A stretch of DNA of 25,492 nt from a virus (taxonomy: Duplodnaviria > Caudoviricetes), in the IMG/VR virus record IMGVR_UViG_3300037484_000954, positions 1 through 25,492 of that record, one strand, 5' to 3'. Positions within the stretch are counted from its first letter, which is position 1, and each line of letters starts with the position of its first letter. Positions 14,423 through 23,537 of this stretch are shown piece by piece. A program made the position numbers and the translations under genes. Under the pieces are notes generated by a model. It was given only the letters and a program-made list of their open reading frames with translations, was not told the DNA's origin and ran no database searches.

Positions 14423-14770
14423 TTACCCCTGCGCGGCGGCCTTCACAGGTTCATCCACCGGCAGCGTGGCGATCTTCTTGTATTCGTCCCGGATGTACTC
14501 CTTGAAACGCTTGACGGCCTTGCGCTCATCGGGCGTCTCCGCGCCATCGCTGGCCGACCCCCGAAGCAGTTCGTAGTACCGGACCCCGCCAGCGGTCGCG
14601 TAGGACCGGGACGGCACCAGCACGGTCGGAGCCTCGCCCTTCTTCGACCGCCACACCGAACAGCCCACCAACTTGAGACCGGCGAGCAGCCCTTCTTCGA
14701 AATGAATCTCCACGTCTGCCAGCTTCGAAGCCGGAGTACCCCCGTGATTCAGGACGTAATGAACTCGCAT
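14423..14770 (-). CDS. SpoVG-like nucleic-acid-binding protein (115 aa)
   Basis: KLADVEIHF..GLKLVGCSVW..VLVPSRSY..YYELL followed by a C-terminal helix ..YIRDEY. ATG at 14770. Confidence 0.6.
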   Translation of the reverse strand: MRVHYVLNHGGTPASKLADVEIHFEEGLLAGLKLVGCSVWRSKKGEAPTVLVPSRSYATAGGVRYYELLRGSASDGAETPDERKAVKRFKEYIRDEYKKIATLPVDEPVKAAAQG

Positions 14771-14817
14771 CGGAAACCCCCTTCTGCGCGTGTCAGCGGC
14801 GCGCCCCGGAGCTGGTG

Positions 14818-15039
14818 CTACTGGATCGGATGTAGATTGCACCCCGGATCCGGGCAGTCGTGCCCCCCGAGGTCCGGCTTGGTTGCGCACGTCCGGCAGT
14901 ACACCCCCCCGCAAGCGTCACAGGCGGTCCAGGCGCTCGTCAGGCGCCCACAGTAGAGGCAATGGAGCGGCATCCTCGACGCCCGCGCCACAGGCGCAAC
15001 CTCAGGCGTCTCCCTGAAACCAAACCGCGCGGACCTCAT
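14818..15039 (-). CDS. Zn-finger-like small protein (73 aa)
   Basis: CLYC..CDAC....CRTC..HDC. TGATG coupling at 15039, with SD GAGG-like GGGGTG. Confidence 0.6.
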   Translation of the reverse strand: MRSARFGFRETPEVAPVARASRMPLHCLYCGRLTSAWTACDACGGVYCRTCATKPDLGGHDCPDPGCNLHPIQ

Positions 15040-15269
15040 CACTTCACCCCCGCCGCTCTCATGTACGGAATCCGGAACCGCTCCCACCGGAATTGAAGGC
15101 AGGAACACCTGGAAGCGACACAGGCCCCGTGGCCAGGTGCGAGTAGCCCGCTGTCGCTGTGCATCGATCCTGCCCCGTCTCCCGTGTGCCCACAGGCGCA
15201 AATCGACGCCGGGTGGTGCTCCTTGTACGCCCTCGACGCCTCGCGCTGATCCTCGGTGATTGTCGGCAT
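15039..15269 (-). CDS. Cys/His-rich small protein (76 aa)
   Basis: CACGH..H..GHGAC....CSC. Confidence 0.6.
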   Translation of the reverse strand: MPTITEDQREASRAYKEHHPASICACGHTGDGAGSMHSDSGLLAPGHGACVASRCSCLQFRWERFRIPYMRAAGVK

Positions 15270-15270
15270 G

Positions 15271-15408
15271 TCAGTACCCCCACTCGGTCATCTTTGCGAA
15301 GACCACAGGCCAGGAGAAGAATGACGCCATCCACCACCATGCGGCCCGCTCGTCCTCTGGCATGCCCTGGAAGATTGCTCCCTCTCGCGTCGTGTCGTAT
15401 TGCTCCAT
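15271..15408 (-). CDS. Small hypothetical protein (about 45 aa), first gene of the leftward cluster
   Basis: MEQYDTTREGAIF..., with a purine-rich SD upstream. Its stop lies 1 nt before the next start. Confidence 0.45.
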   Translation of the reverse strand: MEQYDTTREGAIFQGMPEDERAAWWWMASFFSWPVVFAKMTEWGY

Positions 15409-15439
15409 TTCGTTTCCCCTTCCTTGGGCCTCCATTTTC

Positions 15440-15640
15440 TTGCCCCTATACCCTATTAAGGTAAGAGAATCGTGCCAAAAAACAGGGATAAACCTGTGTA
15501 TAAAAATATCCCTATCACTTCCGGGGTGATAGGTATGAAAATAAATATTACTCCACAGGATATACACAACCCCAAAGTGTTGCATCGTGCATCAAAATAA
15601 TGCTTGACACGTGCAACAAAGTGGTGCATCAGTAGTGGGC
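15440..15640. promoter_or_regulatory. AT-rich divergent control region with a 14-bp direct repeat
   Basis: CAAAGTG(T/G)TGCATC at 15573-15586 and 15617-15630, flanking TTGACA at 15604-15609. Confidence 0.5.
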
Positions 15641-16201
15641 ATGAATGGGAAATCAGCCGTTAAAGAGGCACAGCCCGGGTCCTACGCACCTGGCACCGGA
15701 CGCAAAGGCAAGCGAAACCCCATCCAGCAAGCGGCAGACCTCACCATCAAGGCGATGCTTCTACAAGGTGTCTCCCACCGGAAGATCGCCGAGGCACTCA
15801 ACATCAGCGCCATGACGGTTTCGCGCGTCAAGGCCCGAATATGTGAGCAAGCCCCGGACGCTCCGGATCTGAAATCCGGCCTTTTGTCTCCCCAGCGGGA
15901 TCAGAACACCGGAAAGTTGATCGATCACTTCATCGACAAGGGCTTGAAGATGAAGAAAATCAAGGGGTCGGACGCCATCAGCGCAGCCAAGATGTATGCC
16001 GACCGCCGCTGGCCGGTGCGCACGGAAGCCCCGCCCCCCTCGCGCACGTTCATCCAGACGAACCTGAACATCTTCCTGCCCGATCCTCAGCCAGCACCCC
16101 AGGACGCCCCCATAGATACAACCTGTAGTGTTTTGGAGGATGGGAAAAAGACAGGGGAGAAAAACCTCAATCAATTCAACACTTGCAACGTCCGGTTATG
16201 A
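15641..16201 (+). CDS. HTH protein, probable terminase small subunit
   Basis: QGVSHRKIAEALNISAMTVSRVK HTH. First gene of the packaging block, with a QTNLNI tail motif. Confidence 0.6.
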   Translation: MNGKSAVKEAQPGSYAPGTGRKGKRNPIQQAADLTIKAMLLQGVSHRKIAEALNISAMTVSRVKARICEQAPDAPDLKSGLLSPQRDQNTGKLIDHFIDKGLKMKKIKGSDAISAAKMYADRRWPVRTEAPPPSRTFIQTNLNIFLPDPQPAPQDAPIDTTCSVLEDGKKTGEKNLNQFNTCNVRL

Positions 16202-16560
16202 GTATTATGTCAAATACCCCTCTCCCAGCCGGCCTCAGACCTTCCAGCGAGATCCCTGACCGGGGCGAGACGGGGGGGGGTAGGCCCCCGACTCGATCGG
16301 CCTCGTCTCAAATAAGACCCCTCCCGCTGTCGGCGCAAATTTTTAAAATTCCGGACGAAGGGTGTCCTGTCCTACAGCGGTTCATTCTGGAAAAAATTTC
16401 ATTTCATATCGCTGTATTCCCGTACTTCTCACTACCCGACCAGGAGACGCATTGATGGCGAAGTCATTTGCCACGACCTGGTGCGCGCGCTGTTTTTTCT
16501 TGAAGCGCTGGTTTTGTTTGATCGCCTGTCCCGCAGCGGAGGACGAGTTGGGGAAGGTTG

Positions 16561-16740
16561 ATGGCTGACGGCGTTTCGATTTTCGAGAAGATCCGCGCGA
16601 GGAATCGGATGCTTGAGGCGGTCGGCACGGAACCAGCTCAGCCGGTAGCCCCGCCGCCGAAGCCGAAGGGAACAAGGCGGGTCCCGACGCGGGATCCGGC
16701 GACGGGAAAGATCGTATGGATCGACGTTCCCGATGAGTGA
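16561..16740 (+). CDS. Small hypothetical protein
   Basis: MADGVSIFEKIRARNR..RDPATGKIVW. Overlaps its neighbours in operon style. Confidence 0.5.
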   Translation: MADGVSIFEKIRARNRMLEAVGTEPAQPVAPPPKPKGTRRVPTRDPATGKIVWIDVPDE

Positions 16741-16837
16741 CGGTGCATTTTTTAGAGGCGTTGCGATCGTGTTCATCGTCGCGGGGGTGTTGTCGTTGCT
16801 GTTTCGGTTACTCACGGGTCATTGGATCGGGGGATAG
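16733..16837 (+). CDS. 34-aa single-transmembrane peptide (not in the ORF track)
   Basis: Manual translation: MSDGAFFRGVAIVFIVAGVLSLLFRLLTGHWIGG. It fills the gap between two ORFs exactly. Confidence 0.45.
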   Translation: MSDGAFFRGVAIVFIVAGVLSLLFRLLTGHWIGG

Positions 16838-16843
16838 GGCGCA

Positions 16844-17086
16844 ATGCCGGTGAAGATCGAGAAATTGCCAGGGGATGAGGTTCGGGTGAGCACCCCGGGC
16901 GGCGTGAAGGCGAAGGCGACGAGTTTCCAGAAGGCGATGGCGCAGAAGCGGCTGCTGAACGCCGTGGAGCACAACCCGGATTTCAAGCCAAAGAGTGCCG
17001 GATCCCGTGGCACAGGATACAAAGCCACTCAACGATCAAAGGGCTCTCGTAAGATCGGTGATGCGCTTGAATCGGGGGGGTATTAG
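16844..17086 (+). CDS. Hypothetical basic phage protein (80 aa)
   Basis: MPVKIEK..VSTPGGVKAK.T..KA.AQKRLLNAVEH. Confidence 0.6.
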   Translation: MPVKIEKLPGDEVRVSTPGGVKAKATSFQKAMAQKRLLNAVEHNPDFKPKSAGSRGTGYKATQRSKGSRKIGDALESGGY

Positions 17087-17429
17087 ATTGGCAAGCGGAG
17101 CAGGTTTTCGGACGAACAACCTCTCCCCGCCGAACGGCGTTGCGGAGAATTTGTCGGGCTCGCTCCGCGGCGGTTCCCATGTGTTTTCCCCGAAGAGCAA
17201 GACGCAACCCCCGAAATTTCGCATAGTCATCCCGCGAGTGAAGGCGCCTGGCCTCGCGGAATTCGGGATCGGTTCGCAGCCGGACCCGATTCCGTTCGCG
17301 CTCGGTGACGTTTCGGCGTCCGGGGTTTGCGGATCTCCATGTGGCCACGTCCAGGATGGCCTTCTCTCGGTTCGCGGCGTAGTAGGCTTTCCGGCGGGCC
17401 TTCGCTTTTTCGGGGTCGGAGTATGGCAT
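16983..17429 (-). CDS. HNH-like endonuclease, antisense to the late operon
   Basis: RPKTCSAC..IQAHHRSYESPLIVEWLCILCH. Confidence 0.75.
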   Translation of the reverse strand: MPYSDPEKAKARRKAYYAANREKAILDVATWRSANPGRRNVTERERNRVRLRTDPEFREARRLHSRDDYAKFRGLRLALRGKHMGTAAERARQILRNAVRRGEVVRPKTCSACQSNTPPIQAHHRSYESPLIVEWLCILCHGIRHSLA

Positions 17430-17464
17430 GACCGGATCATATCGCAGACTCCATTAAATGTCAA
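17430..17464 (-). promoter_or_regulatory. Near-consensus sigma70 promoter for a leaderless HNH mRNA
   Basis: Minus strand: TTGACA (17464-17459), 17 nt, TATGAT (17441-17436), 6 nt, then ATG (17429). Confidence 0.75.
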
Positions 17465-17470
17465 GCACGG

Positions 17471-19084
17471 ATGGACTCCTTGATCGAGATCAACGGGCAG
17501 AAATTCGAATATCGAAGCGATTGCCCATACAAGTATGACTACCGCAAGGTGGCGTCGATGATCGCCACGAAGGAAATCGACGAGATCAACACCTTGCGGG
17601 ATTTGATCTTGAACGACCTTTTTTTCGTCGTGCGTTTTGTCCTCAAGATCCCGATCGCCAATCATCCGTTTTGGGTGAAGTGTTGCCGGGAGATCGAGGA
17701 CGGTCCGGAGGATTACACGTTGGATGTATGGGCCCGGGAGCACGGGAAGAGCTCGATCATCACGATCGCCGAGACGATTCAATTCACCCTGAGAGAGCCC
17801 GACGAGGCGACGGGGATTTTCTCGTACGTCCGGCCGGTGGCCAAGAAATTCCTGTTTTCCATCAAGGAAGCCTTCCAGAACGAGCGAATCCTGCACGAAT
17901 GTTTTCCGGAGATCGTGTACGCGAACTGCGAGAAGGAAGCGCCGTTGTGGTCGCTGGACGAAGGGCTGATTTTGCGACGGACTTCGACGCGCAAGGAGCC
18001 GAACATCAGCGCGTGGGGGCTGGTGGAGGGCATGCCGACCGGCTTTCACTTCAAGCGGCGCGTCTACGACGATATCTCGACGGAGGACATGGCCGAGTCC
18101 GCGGACATGATGGATAAGGTCAAGACGAAATTCGACTCGAGCCAGAACCTCGGCGCCGAAGGCGGCCACCATCGGGTGATCGGAACGTATTACCACCACG
18201 CGGATCCGTTGACCTACATCCGAGGGATCAAGACTCCGGAAGGGGAGCGCCGGTATCACTATCGGTTCAAGCCCGGGAGCGACGACGGGACCGCGATGGG
18301 CGTCCCGGTGTTTGTTTCGCAAAAGCGCTGGGACGATTTGAAGCTGACGCGGACCTTCAACTGCCAGCAGCTTCTCGACCCGTCGCCGCTGGCCGACATG
18401 AAGCTCAACCCTGATTTCCTCCTACCGATTGAGCGCCGCATGGTCCCGAAGAACCTGTATCGGTTCCTGTTGGTCGACCAGGCCGGCGACCTCGAGACGA
18501 ACCGGGTGCGGTCCGGGCCGACGTTGGATTCCTGGGCGTTTGGCGTGGTCGGTGTGGAGCCCTTCACCGACGATATCGGTCAAAGCCGGGTGTTCATCGA
18601 GGATCTTTTCATCTCGCCGTTGTCGGAGAGCGAGGCGATCGAGCAGATCGTCCGGATGTACCTGAAAGCCGGCATGGTGATGAAGGTCGGTGTGGAGAAG
18701 GTCGGTATTTCCTCGACGCATATTCACGTTTCGAAGGCGCTGCAAGCCTGTGGCCGGCACGTCAACTTCGATCCGGGCGGGAACGGGGTCCTTCTTCGGC
18801 CGGCCGGCAGGAACAAGAAGAAATTCATCGAGGGCGCGCTGTCCTGGCCGTTGAACAACGGCAAAATCTTCTACTCCACGTCCTGTCCCGCGAATTTCAT
18901 CGAGCGATTCAAGATGGAAATGCGCAATTTCCCGGTGTGGCACGACGACGGGATCAACATGCTGGCGTATCTGTACGACCTCCTGAAAGACATGTTTTTC
19001 GGGATGGCCGAGGACGAAGCGGAAGCCGAAAAAAAGAAGCGATACGCCGACAAACCCGTGCGCCGTAGCTGGATGGGGGTCTGA
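17471..19084 (+). CDS. terL: Terminase large subunit
   Basis: WAREHGKSSI Walker A, TGFHF..VYDDI Walker B, VIGTYY coupling motif, and nuclease-domain LLVDQA..HDDGIN. Confidence 0.88.
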   Translation: MDSLIEINGQKFEYRSDCPYKYDYRKVASMIATKEIDEINTLRDLILNDLFFVVRFVLKIPIANHPFWVKCCREIEDGPEDYTLDVWAREHGKSSIITIAETIQFTLREPDEATGIFSYVRPVAKKFLFSIKEAFQNERILHECFPEIVYANCEKEAPLWSLDEGLILRRTSTRKEPNISAWGLVEGMPTGFHFKRRVYDDISTEDMAESADMMDKVKTKFDSSQNLGAEGGHHRVIGTYYHHADPLTYIRGIKTPEGERRYHYRFKPGSDDGTAMGVPVFVSQKRWDDLKLTRTFNCQQLLDPSPLADMKLNPDFLLPIERRMVPKNLYRFLLVDQAGDLETNRVRSGPTLDSWAFGVVGVEPFTDDIGQSRVFIEDLFISPLSESEAIEQIVRMYLKAGMVMKVGVEKVGISSTHIHVSKALQACGRHVNFDPGGNGVLLRPAGRNKKKFIEGALSWPLNNGKIFYSTSCPANFIERFKMEMRNFPVWHDDGINMLAYLYDLLKDMFFGMAEDEAEAEKKKRYADKPVRRSWMGV

Positions 19085-21120
19085 TGGCCGCTTACGAAGA
19101 AACACCGACAGCCGCAGCACCGAAAGCCGAATCAGCCGCGCCGGTGGCGGCGATTTCGACGTACAAGCGCTGGTACAACGAGGCGAGGGCTGTTTCGCAG
19201 GATTGGCGCGACGATTCCGTGGAGGATTCCCGGTTCTATCACGGCGGCAAAGGCCAATGGAAGCAGAAGGACATTGACGCTCTTGAAGGCGAAGGACGGC
19301 CGCATTTTTCCATCAACCGGATCAAGCCGACGATCGATTTACAGAAGGGCATCGAGATCCGCAGCCGTACGGATATCGACGCGAAGCCTCGCGGCGCCTT
19401 GGACGGCGGCACGGCTGATGCAATTACTTCTGGCTTCAAATATATCCAGGATCAGAACAACTCTGACCACAAGGTTTCGGATATTTTCTTCGACGGGTTG
19501 AAGGCTGGCATCGGCTGGATCGAGATTTGCCTGAACGACGATCCCCGTGAGGAAGAGATCGAGATCGCCTACAAGGACTGGCGCAAGGTCGGCTGGGATC
19601 CGTACGCTCGCGGCGTTCTTTTCGACGATGCAAGGTACATGTTCGAAGATCGATGGGTCGATCTCGACATTGCGCAGCAGACCTGGCCGGAGAAGAAGGA
19701 TCTCCTGACGGCCATGATGGAGGACGCCCGGGGAGAGAAGGGCGAAGCGTCTCAGCACAGCCGGGAATTACCCGATCAGTACAAATCCGGAAGCCCGGCA
19801 CAGTTCTGCGACACCACGCGAGAGCGTGTGCGCCTGGTGAAGATGTACTTCAAGAAAATACAGCTTGGGATTTTCCTTAAATTCAAGGACGGGCACGTGG
19901 AGGAAATTTCCGCGGAGAAGCTTCAAGCGGACCCTCTGCTTGTTGCGAACTCGAACGTCATCCGGATCAGCAAGGTTCCCGTCCAGAAGATGTGGTGCGT
20001 TATTTTCTCGGGCGACGTGATTCTCGAGGAAGAGAAGCCGACGATTTACGAGCACGACCATTTCCCGCTGGTGCCGTTTATCTGCTACATGGACGAGGAC
20101 GGCTGCCCGTACGGGATGGTCCGGAACATGAAAGATCCGCAGCAGGAGATCAACAAAAACCGGAGTCAATTTACTCATATTTTGACAACCCGCCGTGTGT
20201 TCTTCGAGACGGGCGCATTCAAGGATCCGCTGGGGGCGAAGAAGGAAATCAGCCGGCCGGATTGCTGGATCGAATTCAACATGGGCGCTTTGACCAACAA
20301 GAAATTCGAGTTGCAGCAGGATATCGCTCTGGCCCGTGAACATTTCGAGATCATGCGCGAGGCGAAGCAGGAGCTACAGGAAGTTTCCGGCGCCGTCGAA
20401 GAGCAGATGGGGCAGCAGACGAACGCCCGTTCCGGGGTCGCTATAGAAGCAAGGCAACGCCAAGGCGCCACGGTAAATACCGAGCCCTTCGACAACCTCC
20501 GGCTGACGAGGCGCCGCATGGGGGAGCTGATGCTTTCCATGATGCGGCAATATTGGACGTACGAGAAGGTCATCCGGATCACCGACGATCAGACCGGCGC
20601 GGACAAGTTCGTGACGTTCAACCAGGGCGGCAAGAACATGATCGCCCAGGGCCGGTACGATATCGTCGTCGCCGACCATCCCGAGACAGAAACCACCCGC
20701 CAATGGATGAGCCGGACCTTGATGGACTTCGCCTCGAGAATGCCCCCAGACATTGCTTTACCGGTCATGCAGACCGCCTTCGAAATGACCGACATTCCGA
20801 ACAAGGAAAAGGTCATGGAGAAGCTGGCCCAAGCTGTCGACAAGCAGGACAGATTAACGCAGCAGAAGATCCTTTCCGACCAGATCAAGAGCGAGAAGCC
20901 TCCCCCGGCGCCGGCAGCCGCCCCTCCCGCGGAGCCACAGGCGATGGAAGCTGCAGGGCCCAAGACTCCCCAGGAAGCCCTCGAAATGATCCTCGCCGGG
21001 AAAACATGGGGAGCCGTTACGGAAATCAAGGATGGAACGGTCGAAAAGGCCGCGCAGTTTTTGCTTGCTCCAAAACCGCTACCCGCTGGCGACAAAGCGG
21101 GATCGCCTACCAAGGCGTAA
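19084..21120 (+). CDS. Portal protein (P22-like)
   Basis: 678 aa directly after terL. Motifs FYHG..QW, INRIKP, WDP.A, DARY, GMVRNMKDPQ.EINK and SGVAI..RQ.QG. Confidence 0.9.
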   Translation: MAAYEETPTAAAPKAESAAPVAAISTYKRWYNEARAVSQDWRDDSVEDSRFYHGGKGQWKQKDIDALEGEGRPHFSINRIKPTIDLQKGIEIRSRTDIDAKPRGALDGGTADAITSGFKYIQDQNNSDHKVSDIFFDGLKAGIGWIEICLNDDPREEEIEIAYKDWRKVGWDPYARGVLFDDARYMFEDRWVDLDIAQQTWPEKKDLLTAMMEDARGEKGEASQHSRELPDQYKSGSPAQFCDTTRERVRLVKMYFKKIQLGIFLKFKDGHVEEISAEKLQADPLLVANSNVIRISKVPVQKMWCVIFSGDVILEEEKPTIYEHDHFPLVPFICYMDEDGCPYGMVRNMKDPQQEINKNRSQFTHILTTRRVFFETGAFKDPLGAKKEISRPDCWIEFNMGALTNKKFELQQDIALAREHFEIMREAKQELQEVSGAVEEQMGQQTNARSGVAIEARQRQGATVNTEPFDNLRLTRRRMGELMLSMMRQYWTYEKVIRITDDQTGADKFVTFNQGGKNMIAQGRYDIVVADHPETETTRQWMSRTLMDFASRMPPDIALPVMQTAFEMTDIPNKEKVMEKLAQAVDKQDRLTQQKILSDQIKSEKPPPAPAAAPPAEPQAMEAAGPKTPQEALEMILAGKTWGAVTEIKDGTVEKAAQFLLAPKPLPAGDKAGSPTKA

Positions 21121-21132
21121 AAAGGGGGATTC

Positions 21133-21945
21133 ATGTCCGGCGAAGCAGCAGAAGAAAGGGAATTCACAGAAGCGGAGTTGACAGGCGAAGAAACAGGGGT
21201 CACCCCCCTTTTAACCACGCCTATCACTCCCGAAGTGACACCCGTGGTCCCGCCCGTCGTTTCCGAAGTGCCGGCAAAAGAGGCCGAAGTTGTTCCGGGG
21301 AAAGAACCGGCCTCCCCGACCCCGCCAGCACCGACGAAGGACGAGCGGACCGTGCCGTTGGCCGCGCTGCACGAAGAGCGCCGCGCACGGCAGGAACTCA
21401 GCAGGAAACTCGAGGAACTGCAAGCCAAGTTGATCGCCGAGCCCCGCAAGACTCCCGCGGAGCTGATTCTCGAGGATCCCGAAAACGCCATGACCGTTCT
21501 CATGCAGGAGATCACGGATCTCCGTGGGGAGATCGCGCGAACCAACATGGAACGGGATATCAACACGGCCGTTCCGAATTTCCTCGAGCTGGCCCCGCAG
21601 ATGGAGGAATTGCTCCTGGGCGAAGGCTTGTCCGAGGAAACCATTCGGAACCTGATCGGCTCGAGCGGCAAGGAAGCGCCGAAATTCTTCAAGGTGCTGG
21701 CCAAGCTGACGAGCGCGCCAAACGAGGAAACCCTTCGGACAAAGTTGACTGCGGAGCTCACCCCGACGATCACGGCCGCGGTGACGAAGGATCTCATGGC
21801 GAAATTCAAGATCGTGGACGGTGGGGTGAACCTGGGGAAGCTGCCGGGATCGTCTCCGGACGGGAAGTTGAACGTGAACACCGAAGAGGACGTTGCAAAG
21901 CTCACCCCCGAGCAGCAGGAAAAATGGTTGTCCGGGGAACTCTGA
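21133..21945 (+). CDS. Capsid scaffolding protein
   Basis: Acidic, Pro-rich N-terminus and a VPLAALHEERRARQ coiled coil. Lies between the portal and the capsid gene. Confidence 0.8.
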   Translation: MSGEAAEEREFTEAELTGEETGVTPLLTTPITPEVTPVVPPVVSEVPAKEAEVVPGKEPASPTPPAPTKDERTVPLAALHEERRARQELSRKLEELQAKLIAEPRKTPAELILEDPENAMTVLMQEITDLRGEIARTNMERDINTAVPNFLELAPQMEELLLGEGLSEETIRNLIGSSGKEAPKFFKVLAKLTSAPNEETLRTKLTAELTPTITAAVTKDLMAKFKIVDGGVNLGKLPGSSPDGKLNVNTEEDVAKLTPEQQEKWLSGEL

Positions 21946-21965
21946 AAATCAAGGAGTAGAAACCC

Positions 21966-23030
21966 ATGGCACAGACGGAATTCGGCGTAAACCACGCCCT
22001 CGCTGTCAAACGATGGAGTCTGTCGCTTGCGACAGAAGCCGTCAAGAAGATGTACTTCGGGAAATTCATCGGATCCGTCATCACCAAACTCACGGACCTC
22101 GAGAAGAAGGCCGGCGACAAGATCACCCACGGATTGCGCATGAAGCTCCGTGGAGCCGGCGTCACAGGCGACAACACCCTCGAGGGGAACGAGGAAAGCC
22201 TGACGTACTACGACGACGCTCTCCTGATCGACCAGCTCCGTCATGCGGTTCGGTCGAAGGGGAAGGCGTCCGAGCAGCGCGTACCGTACAACATGCGCGC
22301 AACCGCGCGCGAGGCTCTGGCGGCGTGGTGGGGGGAGCGGTTCGACGAGCTCCTGTTTGTCTATATGTCCGGCGCCCGGGGCGTGGATTCCACCCTCACT
22401 CTTCCGATCGGCTTCACATCGTTCGCCGGCAACGCCTTGAACGTCCCGGACGCGGCGCACATCCAGTACGCGAACGGGCTGGCGAAGGCCACCATCACGA
22501 CCGCCGATATCCTCACGCTCGGGGAGATCGACAAGCTGGTGGAGAAGGCCGAAACCGTCGATCCCATGATTCAGCCGATCATGGTCGGTGGCGAGAAGAA
22601 GTACGTCCTTCTCATCCACCCGTATCAGGCGACCGATCTCCGGACCAACACAGCGACCGGCCAGTGGCAGGACATCCAGAAGGCCGCACAGTCCCGCGGG
22701 GACGAAAACCCGATCTTCAAGAACTCCCTGGGCGAGTACCGCGGCGTGGTCATCCACTCACATCGGAACGTGGTCCGTTTCAGCGACTACGGCGCCAGCA
22801 CGATCCTTCCCGCGGCGCGCGCGCTGTTCCTCGGCGCCCAGGCCGCGGCGATCGCCTTCGGGAACGGCGGCGGGGAAACCGTCGCGCGGTATTCCTGGAA
22901 GGAAGAGCTGTTCGACTACGGGAATCAGCTCGGCGTGGCGGCCGGGTCGATCTTCGGCGTAAAGAAATCCGTGTTCAACTCCAAAGACTTCGGCGTGATC
23001 GCGTGTGACACCTACGCGATTGCTCATTAA
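21966..23030 (+). CDS. Major capsid protein (N4-gp56 / DUF4043-like)
   Basis: AVKRWS, DLEKKAGDKI, LEGNEESL, IDQLRHAV, HPYQATDL, LFLGAQA, EELFDYGN and KDFGVI motifs. Confidence 0.9.
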   Translation: MAQTEFGVNHALAVKRWSLSLATEAVKKMYFGKFIGSVITKLTDLEKKAGDKITHGLRMKLRGAGVTGDNTLEGNEESLTYYDDALLIDQLRHAVRSKGKASEQRVPYNMRATAREALAAWWGERFDELLFVYMSGARGVDSTLTLPIGFTSFAGNALNVPDAAHIQYANGLAKATITTADILTLGEIDKLVEKAETVDPMIQPIMVGGEKKYVLLIHPYQATDLRTNTATGQWQDIQKAAQSRGDENPIFKNSLGEYRGVVIHSHRNVVRFSDYGASTILPAARALFLGAQAAAIAFGNGGGETVARYSWKEELFDYGNQLGVAAGSIFGVKKSVFNSKDFGVIACDTYAIAH

Positions 23031-23041
23031 GGGAGAACATT

Positions 23042-23476
23042 ATGACGACACCCTTCTATTCGGACAAATGCCTTGTTGGGGGCGGGATCCAGCCTCGGGC
23101 CGGAATTGGGCTTTGCTCCGTGTCCGGCTCTTATACCATGCTGATCGCGTTTCTCGACGAGGATGTGGTCAATCTCGTCAAGATTCCGGCCGGCGCCACA
23201 GTCCTTGAGTTGATCTTGGACGTTCCAGCCCTCACGGACCAGGCCGACGTTACCTGGGACCTCGGGGATGCCACCGTTACCGGAAGGTTCGTCGCCGGTG
23301 GAACCGCTGGACGTTCCAGCGCAGGGGCGATCGTACGGACCACGGTCGTCGGCAGTTCGCAGTACAAGTACACAGTTGACACGTTCATCCAGTTCCAGAT
23401 CAAGACCGTTCCTGGGGCCACGGCCGTCACGAACGGCACGATCAAGCTGACCGCGATCTACACGATGGACCCGTAG
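23042..23476 (+). CDS. Probable capsid decoration / cement protein
   Basis: Beta-rich 144 aa immediately after the capsid gene, containing KIPAGATV. Confidence 0.6.
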   Translation: MTTPFYSDKCLVGGGIQPRAGIGLCSVSGSYTMLIAFLDEDVVNLVKIPAGATVLELILDVPALTDQADVTWDLGDATVTGRFVAGGTAGRSSAGAIVRTTVVGSSQYKYTVDTFIQFQIKTVPGATAVTNGTIKLTAIYTMDP

Positions 23477-23493
23477 GCGGCAACCAACCTGAC

Positions 23494-23517
23494 GGGGAGG
23501 GGAACCATCCCCTCCCC
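23494..23517 (+). terminator. GC-rich hairpin (terminator-like or mRNA-stabilising; no U-tract)
   Basis: GGGGAGGGGA-ACCA-TCCCCTCCCC. Confidence 0.45.
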
Positions 23518-23537
23518 ACCCTCAGAAGGGGGATTCG

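Noticed and set aside
14771-14817. Second ribozyme or repeat upstream of the SpoVG-like gene (shares CGGGGCGCGC with the hammerhead)
   Set aside because: It lacks the CUGANGA and GAAA cores, and the shared 10-mer is GC-rich and may be chance.
16255-16330. G9 run with a nearby C-run as a cos/pac site or G-quadruplex
   Set aside because: The position after the TerS-like gene is suggestive, but nothing in the sequence alone distinguishes it. Read-terminus data would be needed.
20589-22757. 722-aa minus-strand ORF (also 17036-18322 minus and 20553-21959 / 21893-23008 plus)
   Set aside because: These are shadow ORFs of GC3-rich portal, scaffold, capsid and terminase genes, with no motifs or SD.
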